Assembly (NCBI GenBank): GCA_963713605.1
Contig: CAVQMO010000001.1
Coordinates: 1,024,001-1,088,000, forward strand
DNA: 64,000 nt
From: an uncultured Nitrososphaerales archaeon
GTDB lineage: Archaea > Thermoproteota > Nitrososphaeria > Nitrososphaerales > Nitrososphaeraceae
Direction of reading: 5' to 3'
The notes below the pieces were generated by a model that searched no databases, had not been told where the DNA came from, and saw only the letters and a list, made by a program, of their open reading frames with translations. Shown here piece by piece: positions 63,541 to 64,000 of this stretch (the first letter of the stretch is position 1; every line of letters starts with the position of its first letter). Position numbers and translations under genes: made by a program.

Positions 63541-64000
63541 CTATGATCCAATGTACGGCCTTAGGTAATCAAAGGTAGGAGTATGAGTCCTAATCCATTC
63601 CAAAGTGTTAATAAATGTAGCAGCTGATTCGACCGTGGTCAGAACTGGTATTCCGAGTTCGACGGCCTTCCTACGTATCTGATATTCATCATCTAGCATC
63701 CCAACATATTTTTCAATTGTAGATGTCGATGGAATATTGATAATGAAATCGATCTGGCGTTTAAAAAGCAATTCTGAAATATTGGGTTTTCTGAGAGGTT
63801 CGCTAATTTTGTATACTCTTTCAACTGGACGAATGTTAAAATTTTCCATAAAATCTGCGGTGTGTTCTGTAGCCATAATTGAGTACCCCATGTTACCGAT
63901 CTTTCGTGCAAGTGGAAGAAGTCTTTCTTTGTTAATAGGTCCTCCAGCAGTTATCAAAACTCTACCGTGGAGTGGCAAGTTGAATCCGGCCGCAATGTAG
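63541..64000 (-). CDS. carB: Carbamoyl-phosphate synthase large subunit, C-terminal MGS domain (partial)
   Basis: AAGFNLP, ATEHTA, IINIP, DEYQIRRKAVELGIPVLTT. Confidence 0.85.
   Translation of the reverse strand, partial: YIAAGFNLPLHGRVLITAGGPINKERLLPLARKIGNMGYSIMATEHTADFMENFNIRPVERVYKISEPLRKPNISELLFKRQIDFIINIPSTSTIEKYVGMLDDEYQIRRKAVELGIPVLTTVESAATFINTLEWIRTHTPTFDYLRPYIGS

Noticed and set aside
1..64000. CRISPR array, rRNA, transposase or provirus
   Set aside because: No regularly spaced repeats, rRNA-like segments, or transposase/viral hallmark ORFs were seen.

Overview
Core-genome window from an ammonia-oxidising-type archaeon. It is most consistent with Nitrososphaerota (Thaumarchaeota), probably Nitrososphaerales, judged from protein sequences, gene order and leaderless TATA-box promoters. 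Content: purine cluster (purE, purF, purL, purQ, purS, purC) with tRNA-Thr(TGT); proteasome alpha; the rpl3-rpl6 ribosomal protein operon lacking rpl2; an NTP-transferase/LLM/thiolase/DUF35 operon; an intron-containing tRNA-Asn; a serine resolvase beside bioA/bioD/bioF/bioB; thrC, a UbiA prenyltransferase, birA, glycerate kinase, trpE, an LsrF-like gene, ilvB/ilvN, leuB, Mrp, rpoE1/spt4, nadC/nadA/nadX, endA, hom, aCPSF1, an S2P protease, scpA/scpB, rps8e and the 3' end of carB. About 20 genes, many essential, carry isolated 1-nt indels; these are best read as sequencing errors, not pseudogenes. The most interesting signal is a ~596-aa two-domain SDR (49679-51471) that resembles Chloroflexus-type malonyl-CoA reductase and is a candidate for the poorly assigned malonyl-CoA reduction step of the thaumarchaeal 3HP/4HB carbon-fixation cycle. 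Other signals: a non-canonical 27/28 tRNA intron, a res-like inverted-repeat array, and several Cys/His-rich microproteins missed by the ORF track. No CRISPR array, rRNA or transposase was seen. All family assignments are by eye from recalled motifs; no database searches were run.
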